64,000 bases of DNA from Synechococcales cyanobacterium VAR_4_metabat_354. GTDB lineage: Bacteria > Cyanobacteriota > Cyanobacteriia > Cyanobacteriales > Chamaesiphonaceae. The position numbers were made by a program, and so were the translations under genes. The stretch lies in contig JANOQI010000042.1 in NCBI GenBank assembly GCA_031414775.1, forward strand, positions 46,574 through 110,573, read 5' to 3'. Below the pieces are notes generated by a model. The model saw nothing but the letters and a program-made list of their open reading frames with translations, made no database searches and was not told the origin of the DNA. Numbering within the stretch: the first letter of the stretch is position 1; each line of letters begins with the position of its first letter. This document shows positions 39,020 through 47,973 of this stretch, piece by piece.

Positions 39020-40618
39020 GTGGCCACCAGCGAAATTTCTCACGAGTTGATTACCGCCCACGCCAACTCTGAGCGCGAAACGCACTACCAAATCAAAAGC
39101 ATTTTAGGCGAAGGTGGTAGTGGCATCACTTACCACGCCCAAGTTATGGGCACCGACCGCTCAGTCGCCCTCAAAGAACTTTCCCTGCACCGAATGAATG
39201 ATTGGAAAGCGATCGATCTATTCGAGCGGGAAGCTCAAGTTCTTGCCCAGCTTCAACATCCGGCTATTCCTAAATATATTGATTACTTTGCGATCGACAC
39301 ACCCGATAATCGCAGTTTTTACATTGTGCAGGAACTCGCTCCTGGCAGAACCTTAAGTGATTGGCTCCACGATGGCTGGCGCTGTCACGAGGCTGAGGTT
39401 AAAGACATCGCTGTTCAGATTTTAAAAATTCTAATTTATCTGCAAAGGCTGCGCCCGCCAGTCATTCACCGGGACATTAAGCCCAGTAATATTTTACGCA
39501 CGGCCACCGGCCACATCTCACTGGTAGATTTTGGGGCGGTGCAGCAGACTTACCACGACACTTTTATGCGAGGTAGTACGGTGGTAGGTACCTATGGTTA
39601 CATGGCTCCCGAACAATTTCGGGGGCAATCTTTGTCTGCCACCGATCTGTACGGCTTGGGAGCGACCATCTTAACTTTGTTAACCAATCGATCGCCTGCC
39701 GAGTTGGCGCAAGAAAATTTGAAAATTAGCTTTCGGAGCAAGATTCAAGTTTCTGATAGCTTTGCTGATTGGCTAGAAAAAATGTTGGAACCCGATACTG
39801 CGGATCGGTTTACTTCTGCAACGGCGGCCTTAGCTGCGTTGAAGAATCCGCCTCGCCAGCGCTCTAAATCTATTTGGCAACAGATTGTAGCCGTCAGTTT
39901 ATTGGGCATTGTGACAGTGGGACTCTTTGACTATTACAAGTATTATTTTCTGAGTATGTGGGGTTTTACGCCGCAGGCTGCTTTTACGGCAATTTGGCAA
40001 GAAGGGAATGTTAGCAAAGTTCGATCGTTGATCGATCGAGGCGTGAGTGCCAATGCCAAGGATGCCAAAGGTAGCTCTTTGCTACACTATGCCGTAACTA
40101 ACAACCGGTTAGAGATTGCCCAAGTATTGATTGATAAAGGCGCTGATATGAATGCTCGCTACGACGAAGATGGTCATACCGTTCTACACTTGGCCGTACT
40201 GCATCCAGACGGGGGCATGACTAAATTGTTATTAATGAATAAAGCCAATCCTAATGTGCGGGACAATCTGACCTACACGCCCTTGCACGTCTCAATCTTA
40301 CGAGAACTCACTCCCTATACAGTCGATCTTCGCTCTTACTATGGATTAGCAAATTCTTTAAGCGATCGACAGTCAATAAAATCGATGCAATATCTGTTGC
40401 AGTCTGGAGCGGATGTCAATGCCGTGACGACTTTTTCACCACAGTTGAAAAAAGTTGTAGATCGAATTAAAGACCACAAACCCGGCGAGGAAAGATATTT
40501 TTACGGTACTCCCCGCGATATGACCATGGAAGATCAGATTAGAGATACGCTACTCATTCAATATGGTGGCAAAACAGCTAGATGTCGGCACAAGACTTTG
40601 CACTGTAAACTTGGATGA
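39020..40618 (+). CDS. Ser/Thr kinase with TM segment and ankyrin repeats
   Basis: HRDIKPSN, DFG, GTYGYMAPE; ankyrin G.SLLHYA, GHTVLHLA, TPLH, GADVNA. Confidence 0.9.
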   Translation: MATSEISHELITAHANSERETHYQIKSILGEGGSGITYHAQVMGTDRSVALKELSLHRMNDWKAIDLFEREAQVLAQLQHPAIPKYIDYFAIDTPDNRSFYIVQELAPGRTLSDWLHDGWRCHEAEVKDIAVQILKILIYLQRLRPPVIHRDIKPSNILRTATGHISLVDFGAVQQTYHDTFMRGSTVVGTYGYMAPEQFRGQSLSATDLYGLGATILTLLTNRSPAELAQENLKISFRSKIQVSDSFADWLEKMLEPDTADRFTSATAALAALKNPPRQRSKSIWQQIVAVSLLGIVTVGLFDYYKYYFLSMWGFTPQAAFTAIWQEGNVSKVRSLIDRGVSANAKDAKGSSLLHYAVTNNRLEIAQVLIDKGADMNARYDEDGHTVLHLAVLHPDGGMTKLLLMNKANPNVRDNLTYTPLHVSILRELTPYTVDLRSYYGLANSLSDRQSIKSMQYLLQSGADVNAVTTFSPQLKKVVDRIKDHKPGEERYFYGTPRDMTMEDQIRDTLLIQYGGKTARCRHKTLHCKLG

Positions 40619-41979
40619 TCACCATGACAAATAATGTTTTTCCATTGCCACAGAAGCTGGATAATGAACCTCCCGTGACACTCCAAGATCGATATCAAAT
40701 TATTGAAATGCTTGGCCAAGGCGGTGTCGGGATTACCTATTGCGCTCAGGATTTGTCCAACAACAGTATTGTTGTGCTCAAAGCTTTGTCTTTAAGAAGA
40801 GCCGGAGACTGGAAAGCGATCGAACTATTCGAGCGCGAAGCCAAGGTGCTATCGCAGTTAAATCATCCAGCTATTCCCCAATATATTGATTATTTCCAGG
40901 CAGATAGTGAGCGTGATCGACATTTTTATATTGTCCAAACCTTAGCTGAAGGCGATTCCTTGGCAAATTTAGTGGAAAAAGGCTGGGAGCCAACTATTCC
41001 TGAAGTCCAAGACATCGCCGCTCAAGTACTAGAGATTTTGATTTATCTGCATACCTTAATTCCAGCTGTTATCCACCGCGATATTAAACCGCAAAACCTG
41101 ATCAGAAACTCCGCTGGTCGCATCTCACTAGTGGATTTTGGGGCGGTGCAAGATACTTACCACACCGTAACTGGTGGCAGTACTGTCGTCGGTACTTATG
41201 GTTATATGGCTCCCGAACAGTTTCGTGGTCAAGCTTACTTCTCTACCGATCTCTATGGGCTAGGCACTACAGTAATCTATCTATTGACCAGGACAGATCC
41301 GGGGGTTTTGCCGCAGAAAAAATTAAAAATCGATTTCCGGGCTTATGTGAAAATTCCGCAGAAATTTGCCGATTGGATCGATCGATTACTTGAGCCAGAA
41401 GTGCAACGCCGGTTTGAAACCGCTGATCGGGCTTTAGCTGTTCTGCAAGGTCGCCAAGAACTCCCGCTTCTCGCTGGCCAAAAACCAGCCAATAGCAAGG
41501 TTAAACTTACGAAATCTGCTCAACAGCTCCGGGTGAGCATTCCAGCCGCTGGTCTTAATTATTCCAGCAGTCGGCGTTTCAGCTTGTTGACCTTAAGTTG
41601 GAACGGTATCCTTTTTTTCCTATTGTTCTACTCTCTTACTCTGGGTTTAATCATGGATCCAGGCAAGCAAGCATTTTTTATTGTTTATGGCCTGGTGGGT
41701 GTATGGCTATTTTTGCAGTGGTGCTATGGCGTGTTAGCGAAAGTGACGATCGATATTCAAGGTGACACAGTATTTATCACCAAAGCGTTGCCCAAAAGCC
41801 AAGGCATCCAGAAAGAATTTCCCCTCACCGATAGCTCTTGGCGGCGGCAGCTAACCCTGCCTCGGTTTCCTTTCTATGGCTATCAATACCGGATTGCTTC
41901 CTTCCTCACGCCCGCTGAACGTTATTGGTTGCTGAGCGAGATTGATGCTTTTACCGATGGCTCATCCCGAGAAAACTAA
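40615..41979 (+). CDS. Membrane Ser/Thr kinase
   Basis: HRDIKPQN, DFG, GTYGYMAPE; two C-terminal hydrophobic helices. Confidence 0.9.
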   Translation: MITMTNNVFPLPQKLDNEPPVTLQDRYQIIEMLGQGGVGITYCAQDLSNNSIVVLKALSLRRAGDWKAIELFEREAKVLSQLNHPAIPQYIDYFQADSERDRHFYIVQTLAEGDSLANLVEKGWEPTIPEVQDIAAQVLEILIYLHTLIPAVIHRDIKPQNLIRNSAGRISLVDFGAVQDTYHTVTGGSTVVGTYGYMAPEQFRGQAYFSTDLYGLGTTVIYLLTRTDPGVLPQKKLKIDFRAYVKIPQKFADWIDRLLEPEVQRRFETADRALAVLQGRQELPLLAGQKPANSKVKLTKSAQQLRVSIPAAGLNYSSSRRFSLLTLSWNGILFFLLFYSLTLGLIMDPGKQAFFIVYGLVGVWLFLQWCYGVLAKVTIDIQGDTVFITKALPKSQGIQKEFPLTDSSWRRQLTLPRFPFYGYQYRIASFLTPAERYWLLSEIDAFTDGSSREN

Positions 41980-41987
41980 TCACAGCA

Positions 41988-42015
41988 AAGCCCCAAACAT
42001 TAATGTTTGAGGCTT
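41988..42015. terminator. Hairpin between the convergent kinase and rpsN genes
   Basis: AAGCCCCAAACAT TA ATGTTTGAGGCTT. Confidence 0.6.
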
Positions 42016-42037
42016 CAGCAAATCTAGGTAGTTCAGT

Positions 42038-42337
42038 CTACCAACTGGATTTGACTACACCAGGCAACAAGCCTTGGTGTGCCCATTCCCGTAGGACGTT
42101 CCGGGATAAACCAAAATCACGGTAGTAACCTCTAGGTCTACCTGTTACCCAACAACGATTGTGGAGACGAGTGGGTGCGCTATTGCGAGGTAGCTGTTGA
42201 ATCTTACGATGAACAGTTAGTTTCTGATGACTGGGAGCATTCTCAAATTCTTCAATTAAAGCGGCGCGTTTTGCTGCGTACTTTTCTACTAGACGTTCGC
42301 GGTTTTTCTCCCGCTCGATCATGCCTTTCTTTGCCAT
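42038..42337 (-). CDS. rpsN: 30S ribosomal protein S14
   Basis: [10 protein letters not shown]...[28 protein letters not shown]...LPGVVKSSW. Confidence 0.98.
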   Translation of the reverse strand: MAKKGMIEREKNRERLVEKYAAKRAALIEEFENAPSHQKLTVHRKIQQLPRNSAPTRLHNRCWVTGRPRGYYRDFGLSRNVLREWAHQGLLPGVVKSSW

Positions 42338-42442
42338 GGTTGTTATTGCTTCAGATGGTAAAACAGTCTCCTTGCATTAGATACAATTGGCGACCAGCTT
42401 CCCATCATAGCTCAAAAGCGGTCAACGAACAAGACTAATCGC

Positions 42443-42721
42443 TTAGACCGAGCGCTGAGTATGACCGTGCGTAGGGCAGGGCGGTGCTGAAACGGATTTA
42501 TCTAGCCAGCCTGCGGCCTGTTGTAAATAGGCCAGCGCATCTGCTGGTCGATCGCTCAACAACAATACCAAGGCAGCTGCGGTCTGTTCCTTAGATCGGA
42601 TCTGTCGATTAGATTTCAACCGATGCCAATCACCTTCGGTAATGCGCAGTCGATCGGCGAGTAATTGCGCCAATTCCAAAGTAGTGAGCTGAGAAATATC
42701 TGATGCCATAGCAAGATTCAA
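42443..42721 (-). CDS. Conserved cyanobacterial hypothetical protein (DUF6439-like)
   Basis: DWHRLKSNR..R..EQ...A.GWLD.S.SAPPCPTHG. Confidence 0.7.
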   Translation of the reverse strand: MNLAMASDISQLTTLELAQLLADRLRITEGDWHRLKSNRQIRSKEQTAAALVLLLSDRPADALAYLQQAAGWLDKSVSAPPCPTHGHTQRSV

Positions 42722-42778
42722 TGGTAGTTTGTGACGAGAATGGTGGAATATTTAGTTTATTGCTAGCTCAATTTCCTG

Positions 42779-43159
42779 ATGCCCATTTCTGCCACTTTGC
42801 CAGAAACCACTGATGTTTTCTGGAGCGATGTCGCCGCCCTCGAAACCAAAATTGCTGATCTCAAACAGCACTATCAACAAGTTCAAGCCGACGACGCTGC
42901 TTGGACAGAACTACAAGCTCGGCAGCAGGTTGTGCAATCCCGAGGCCAGTCAATGGCTGTTCAGCAAGAACTGCAAGAAATTGCTGATTTAGAACAAGTC
43001 CTAGAAGGCCAGCTGCTGAACATCTTAGAGCAAGTGCTAGAAGGTCATCAGCTGTCTACTAGTTGGCACAACCTATTCCAAGATGTGTTTTGGAATGTGG
43101 TGCGTTTTGGTGGAGTTGGGCTACTCATGGGCTGGAGCCTCAAAACCTGGCTAGGCTGA
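42779..43159 (+). CDS. Coiled-coil protein with C-terminal membrane anchor
   Basis: Q/E/L-rich helix ending FWNVVRFGGVGLLMGWSLK. Confidence 0.7.
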   Translation: MPISATLPETTDVFWSDVAALETKIADLKQHYQQVQADDAAWTELQARQQVVQSRGQSMAVQQELQEIADLEQVLEGQLLNILEQVLEGHQLSTSWHNLFQDVFWNVVRFGGVGLLMGWSLKTWLG

Positions 43160-43867
43160 AGCTTCTGATGGCGGAGTCTCCGATTGCTTAGCCGCTTTTT
43201 CCTGTTCCCGTTGCTCGCGCTTCTTGCGGCCAGCTTCTAGCACATCGGCCATCGCTGCTTCCATCTGAGCCAGCTTGCTTAAGTTGCTGCGGTAGCTATC
43301 TAGATCTTTGCCTAACTTGTCGGCGGGTAGGTGTAACGCTGAAGATAGCTGATCGATCGATTCCTTCCGACCTTCGGTGGTGGTCAACTTCTCGGGAGCA
43401 GCACCTTCAATCAGAGTAAACAAACCAATGCCAAACAGGCGGCTGTATTTAAACTTAGGATTACCACTGACGGCTTTGATGTTCTGGCTGAGGGCATCAG
43501 TAGCATCGCCAGTGGCCATACTAGCCAGTTTTTCTAGAATATCTTGATCGCCCAGTTGGTCGCTAGTGATGGTCATCGTGCTAGCATCTTGGCGATACTT
43601 CTCCACCGAACTATCTACGGCTTGACACAGAGCAGAAAAGATCGGTGCCTTGTCTTCCTCGGGGCGATAGTTGGCCATAAACCGATCAAAACTACTGACT
43701 ACGCCTAGGGCGTAGATTGAGTCGTAGGTAAAGTCATCATTGACTAGTAGCAGGTGCATTTCCACAATTAATTCTTCTACCACTCGTCGGAAGATGGAAT
43801 TGATCGGACGAGTGTAAGAATTATAAAACTTACGTTTGGTATCAGAAACAGTACTCAGATTGCTCAC
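43151..43867 (-). CDS. psb29: Photosystem II biogenesis protein Psb29/Thf1
   Basis: TVSDTKRKF...RPINSIFRRVVEEL.VEMHLL, FKYSRLFGIGL, KDLD.YRSNL. Confidence 0.95.
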   Translation of the reverse strand: MSNLSTVSDTKRKFYNSYTRPINSIFRRVVEELIVEMHLLLVNDDFTYDSIYALGVVSSFDRFMANYRPEEDKAPIFSALCQAVDSSVEKYRQDASTMTITSDQLGDQDILEKLASMATGDATDALSQNIKAVSGNPKFKYSRLFGIGLFTLIEGAAPEKLTTTEGRKESIDQLSSALHLPADKLGKDLDSYRSNLSKLAQMEAAMADVLEAGRKKREQREQEKAAKQSETPPSEASA

Positions 43868-44043
43868 CGGAACACATTTTTTAAAGTATCAACTCTTCAT
43901 TATTGACTATTTTTTGATCCAAGGGATCAATCAGATGCGATCGAATTTCTGGAAGGCAGTGTTGTAGCGATTTTGGGGTGTTTCAGCACCCTTCACCCAA
44001 ACTCACGCTAATATTAAGTCTGTATTTTTTGGTTCAAGCCATC

Positions 44044-45246
44044 ATGAGTCGTGCGAAAAAAGTAGTATTAGCCTATTCTGGTGGGGTCGATACTTCGGTC
44101 TGTATCCCTTATCTCAAGCAAGAATGGGGTGTAGAAGAAGTTATTACCCTCGCGGCCGATTTAGGTCAGGGCGACGAGTTAGAACCAATCCGCCAAAAAG
44201 CGCTCACCTCCGGTGCCAGTGTTTCTTTAGTGGTAGATGGACGTGACGAATTTGTGCGCGACTACGCCTTCCCGGCTCTAATGGCTAACGCTCTCTACGA
44301 AAATCGTTATCCCCTCTCTACCGCTTTAGCCCGGCCGCTAATTGCCAAAATGCTGGTGGAAGCCGCTGAAAAGTATGGTGCTGATGCCGTCGCCCACGGT
44401 TGCACCGGCAAAGGCAATGATCAAGTGCGCTTTGATGTATCGATCGCCGCCCTCAATCCGCAATTAAAAGTTTTAGCCCCCGCCCGCGAATGGGGGATGA
44501 GCCGGGAGGAAACCATTGCTTATGGCGAAAAATGTGGCATTCCCTCGCCCGTGAAAAAGTCTTCACCCTTTAGCGTGGACTTGAATTTGTTGGGGCGCAG
44601 TGTAGAAGCCGGTGACTTAGAAAATCCTTGGCAGGAACCACCCGAAGAAGTATTTGCTTTAACGAAGGCGATCGAGCACACTCCTGACCAGCCCGAATAT
44701 GTTGAAATTAGCTTTGATCAAGGCGTACCAGTTAGTATTAACGGCCAAGCACTAGCTCCAGTAGATTTGATCGTCCAACTCAACCAAATCGTTGGTAATC
44801 ATGGGATTGGCCGCATTGATATGGTCGAAAATCGCTTGGTGGGCATCAAGTCTCGGGAAATCTATGAAGTACCGGCTCTCTCTGTCTTGATTCAAGCCCA
44901 TCGAGATTTGGAAAGCCTCACCCTCACGGGCGATGTCAGCCAGTACAAGCGGGGCATTGAAGAAACCTACAGCAAGCTGGTCTATAACGGCTTGTGGTAT
45001 AGCCCCCTCAAAGCTGCCCTCGATGCTTTTGTGAGTAATACTCAAGAACGGGTCAGCGGCACAGTGCGGCTGAAGTTGTTTAAAGGAAACGCCATCATTG
45101 TGGGTCGGAAGTCCGCTAACAGTCTTTATTCCATGGATTTGGCCACCTACGGTGCCGAAGACCAATTCGATCACCGGGCAGCCGAGGGTTTTATCTATGT
45201 GTGGGGTCTACCCACCCGCGTCTGGTCAGAAAAAACCAGGGGCTAA
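44044..45246 (+). CDS. argG: Argininosuccinate synthase
   Basis: [40 protein letters not shown]; start at ATG 44044. Confidence 0.98.
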   Translation: MSRAKKVVLAYSGGVDTSVCIPYLKQEWGVEEVITLAADLGQGDELEPIRQKALTSGASVSLVVDGRDEFVRDYAFPALMANALYENRYPLSTALARPLIAKMLVEAAEKYGADAVAHGCTGKGNDQVRFDVSIAALNPQLKVLAPAREWGMSREETIAYGEKCGIPSPVKKSSPFSVDLNLLGRSVEAGDLENPWQEPPEEVFALTKAIEHTPDQPEYVEISFDQGVPVSINGQALAPVDLIVQLNQIVGNHGIGRIDMVENRLVGIKSREIYEVPALSVLIQAHRDLESLTLTGDVSQYKRGIEETYSKLVYNGLWYSPLKAALDAFVSNTQERVSGTVRLKLFKGNAIIVGRKSANSLYSMDLATYGAEDQFDHRAAEGFIYVWGLPTRVWSEKTRG

Positions 45247-45344
45247 CTTGGGGGTTTTGGCGATGGGGGCACAGTGAATATGTTAATCGATCGAATCTCC
45301 GCTACTATTTGTAAAAGGCCGGGTCAACTTTATCCACTGCTGTC

Positions 45345-46136
45345 ATGTCGCAAAATCCTCCCGATTCATCCACTGACAACAACTCCAAAGACATTCCCAA
45401 AGTCGTTGGCGATCATGCCGATCGGCTAATGGATAGTTTGTTTGCTGACATCGAAGAACTCCTAGGCGGAGATTCTCATTCACAACAGAAGTCTCCATCA
45501 ACGGCGATCAAATCTGGTCAACAGCCAGCGCCATCTCCCCATTCCGAACTCCAGCCCGCCGCTCCAGGCTCCAGACCCCAGTATCAGCAACCGGCTCTGG
45601 AGTCTAATACGGCCATTAATAATCCACCCCAACGGAGGAATTGGAAAAAGATTTTAATTGGATTAAGCTTGGCAGCAATTGCCGCTGGTGGGGGCATCTG
45701 GTGGCTAGCAAAAGAACGTAAAATTAATATCGACGCCCTGCTGCCCAGTGATGCCAGTAAAGCTGATATCCAATTTGCCGATTACCTGCGCCGCTCTGTC
45801 GGCAAAATTGATAGCAGCCGCAATGAACAGTCGCCCCCTGCTAACCAAGTCACGATGCCGAACTCACCCAGCGTTCCAGTAGCAACGCCATCCCTCGGCA
45901 TGAAGCTAGCGACACCAGCCGCGCCAGTAGCGGCCAGCAGTTTTACTAAGGTAATTAAGAGCAGGCCGCCCACCGTGGAATTTGTGATTGATGGTCAGGT
46001 TCAGCAGCTGAACACTGGTGACAAAATTGGTAAGAGCGGCTGGACGTTAGGCACCGTAGCGGGTGCCGCCGATAATGAAATTATCATTAAGCGGAATGGT
46101 GAACTACGGACACTGAAAGCTGGCCAGCAATTTTAG
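45345..46136 (+). CDS. Single-TM hypothetical protein
   Basis: One TM helix and a C-terminal beta domain (G..IG.SGW.L......II.RNGE.R), reminiscent of PilP/GspC-like domains. Confidence 0.65.
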   Translation: MSQNPPDSSTDNNSKDIPKVVGDHADRLMDSLFADIEELLGGDSHSQQKSPSTAIKSGQQPAPSPHSELQPAAPGSRPQYQQPALESNTAINNPPQRRNWKKILIGLSLAAIAAGGGIWWLAKERKINIDALLPSDASKADIQFADYLRRSVGKIDSSRNEQSPPANQVTMPNSPSVPVATPSLGMKLATPAAPVAASSFTKVIKSRPPTVEFVIDGQVQQLNTGDKIGKSGWTLGTVAGAADNEIIIKRNGELRTLKAGQQF

Positions 46137-46157
46137 ATCGATCGCCGAGGACAGGTC

Positions 46158-46730
46158 ATGGGATTATTCGATGATATGAAGCGTTTTCTAGAGACCCAAC
46201 TAGACGACTTCATGAGCAAAAATCCACACTTGCAAATTCAGGTGTTGGAAGAGCAGCTTCAGCAGCAAGAAGAAGATAGCCAGACTTTCTTGGTGGAGCT
46301 GCGCGGCCAGGAAAAACAGCTGCAAGCAGAAGTACTGAGCACAGCGCAAGACATCAAAAGCTGGCATGATCGAGTGATTAAGGCTCAGGCTGCTGGTCGC
46401 CAAGAATTAGCGACTGCCGCCCAAGAGCGGGTCGATACACTGCTGCGCCAGGGCAACCAGCTATGGGGCAAAATGCAGAGCATTAAAGATCGCACGACTC
46501 AAACCCATAAATTGATTGAAACCATTAAAGTGCGCCGTCAAGAACTAAAACAAAAAGCAGCAGAGGTGCAGGCAGCGGCTCAAACCACTTCTGCTGCTTG
46601 GGAAAGGCCAGTTGATTCCTGGCGATCGGAGACTAGTCGGAGTGATCCAAGCGATCCTTTAGAAGCTCAATTCTTGCGCTGGGAAGCGGAAGAAGAACTC
46701 CAGCAACTCAAAAAAAAATTGGGCAAGTAG
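46158..46730 (+). CDS. PspA/IM30-related coiled-coil protein (TIGR04376-like)
   Basis: MGLFDD..RFLE..L..F...NPHL, WH.R..KA..AGR.ELA, DPLE..F.RWE. Confidence 0.78.
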   Translation: MGLFDDMKRFLETQLDDFMSKNPHLQIQVLEEQLQQQEEDSQTFLVELRGQEKQLQAEVLSTAQDIKSWHDRVIKAQAAGRQELATAAQERVDTLLRQGNQLWGKMQSIKDRTTQTHKLIETIKVRRQELKQKAAEVQAAAQTTSAAWERPVDSWRSETSRSDPSDPLEAQFLRWEAEEELQQLKKKLGK

Positions 46731-46749
46731 TCTGCAATTCTCCCTAAAT

Positions 46750-47163
46750 CTAAGGCATTCGGTAAGTGAAAAAGCGATCCAATATTCCGATCGTCTCAAT
46801 CCGGCCAGCAAAATTTAGCTCCGCAATGTCGATTTGAGTCGTGTACACGCTGGCAATGCCCAAATCATGCCTGGTGGTACGATCGCCAACCATAGGTCTT
46901 AACAACTTTTGAAAGTAGGGTCTACCGGCGGCCACTAAATTTCGACAGGTAATATTTGCCACTAACGTTCCGATCGTATTTTCACTGGCGCGGCTACACT
47001 CCTGTTGTGCCCGCCGCCTAATTTCTTCGACTAGATAATCTTCGTAAGCAGTGGGGGTCGGGTTGGTGAATATCAGACCGGCAATAATAGAGATCAGACC
47101 TAAACTGCTACTAACCAGTAATACTTGCCACTTTGCCATAAGTTTTGTTGTCGAACTCCGCAC
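46750..47163 (-). CDS. DUF4359-like protein
   Basis: TM followed by TNP...YE.Y; T.R.D.G..S.Y.T; TIGI...F. Confidence 0.7.
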   Translation of the reverse strand: MRSSTTKLMAKWQVLLVSSSLGLISIIAGLIFTNPTPTAYEDYLVEEIRRRAQQECSRASENTIGTLVANITCRNLVAAGRPYFQKLLRPMVGDRTTRHDLGIASVYTTQIDIAELNFAGRIETIGILDRFFTYRMP

Positions 47164-47255
47164 TGCTATATTCTACAGTTTGTTTCCGGCACGGGTGGAA
47201 AAACTTCCGTACCTATTGCCATTTTTAGCAAAGTTGCGTTATTATATTGCTTCGT

Positions 47256-47329
47256 GGCGAGTGTGGCCAAGTGGTTAAGGCAGTGGCTTGTGGTGCCACC
47301 ATGCGCGGGTTCGAGTCCCGTCATTCGCC
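47256..47329 (+). tRNA. trnH: tRNA-His (GTG)
   Basis: G-1 + GCGAGTG/CATTCGC acceptor stem with C73; anticodon arm GTGGC-TT-GTG-GT-GCCAC; GGTTCGAGTCCC T arm; CCA not encoded. Confidence 0.97.
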
Positions 47330-47339
47330 CTCATAAACT

Positions 47340-47375
47340 CAAAAGACCTCTTTTTCTAGAAAAAGAGGTCTTTTG
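47340..47375. terminator. Bidirectional terminator (perfect 36-bp palindrome)
   Basis: CAAAAGACCTCTTTTTCTAGAAAAAGAGGTCTTTTG between tRNA-His and the convergent che operon. Confidence 0.8.
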
Positions 47376-47559
47376 CTGTAGTTAAAATGGATGAATTACC
47401 AGGCGGCAGCCACTTGATCATTAGCCAGAAAGATTCCGGTAACTTAGAATTATTCAATCAGCGAAGTATCGGATACAGATTTGGGATCGACCAGCGATTC
47501 TGCTACCCTGGCGATAAATCTGCATCCCCAGAGCAATAGCTATATTTAGTTAGGTAGCT

Positions 47560-47973
47560 TTATTTTCTTTTTTTGCTAGCTAAGACTTTGATTTTAGTAA
47601 CCAAAGCATCTTTGATCTTTTCGTAGTCTGTAGCAGAGCCACTGTTGGGTTTCGGGAAAAAGTCTAAAGCCCCAGCTTTCATTAGTTCATAGATGTTATC
47701 GACATCACTAGGACGGACGGCATTGCTAATCACTAATACTGGCAGAGGGTTTTGAGCCATCAGTCTTTTGGTGAATTCTAGGCCGTCCATGGTGGGCATT
47801 TGTAAATCAGTACAAATAACATCCGGATTGGAGCGGGCAATGACGGTCAAAGCTTCGGCACCATCGCGAGCTGTACCAACCACATCTACATCAGGGGAAG
47901 AGTTGAGTAAGCGCTCCAAAACTTCCAAGGCTACTACGGAATCTTCTACTAAAACAACTTTAATGGGGGTCAT
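47560..47973 (-). CDS. CheB-type receiver domain without methylesterase domain
   Basis: VLVEDS, VVGTARDG, DLQMPTMDG, P.PVLVIS, GALDFFPKP; stops at 137 aa. Confidence 0.8.
   Translation of the reverse strand: MTPIKVVLVEDSVVALEVLERLLNSSPDVDVVGTARDGAEALTVIARSNPDVICTDLQMPTMDGLEFTKRLMAQNPLPVLVISNAVRPSDVDNIYELMKAGALDFFPKPNSGSATDYEKIKDALVTKIKVLASKKRK

Noticed and set aside
3115..47329. hisA, hisS/hisG and tRNA-His as one histidine supercluster
   Set aside because: Separated by many unrelated genes; co-occurrence is not evidence of linkage
47256..47375. tRNA-His as the attachment site of an integrated island
   Set aside because: No integrase and no duplicated tRNA 3' end noticed in the window
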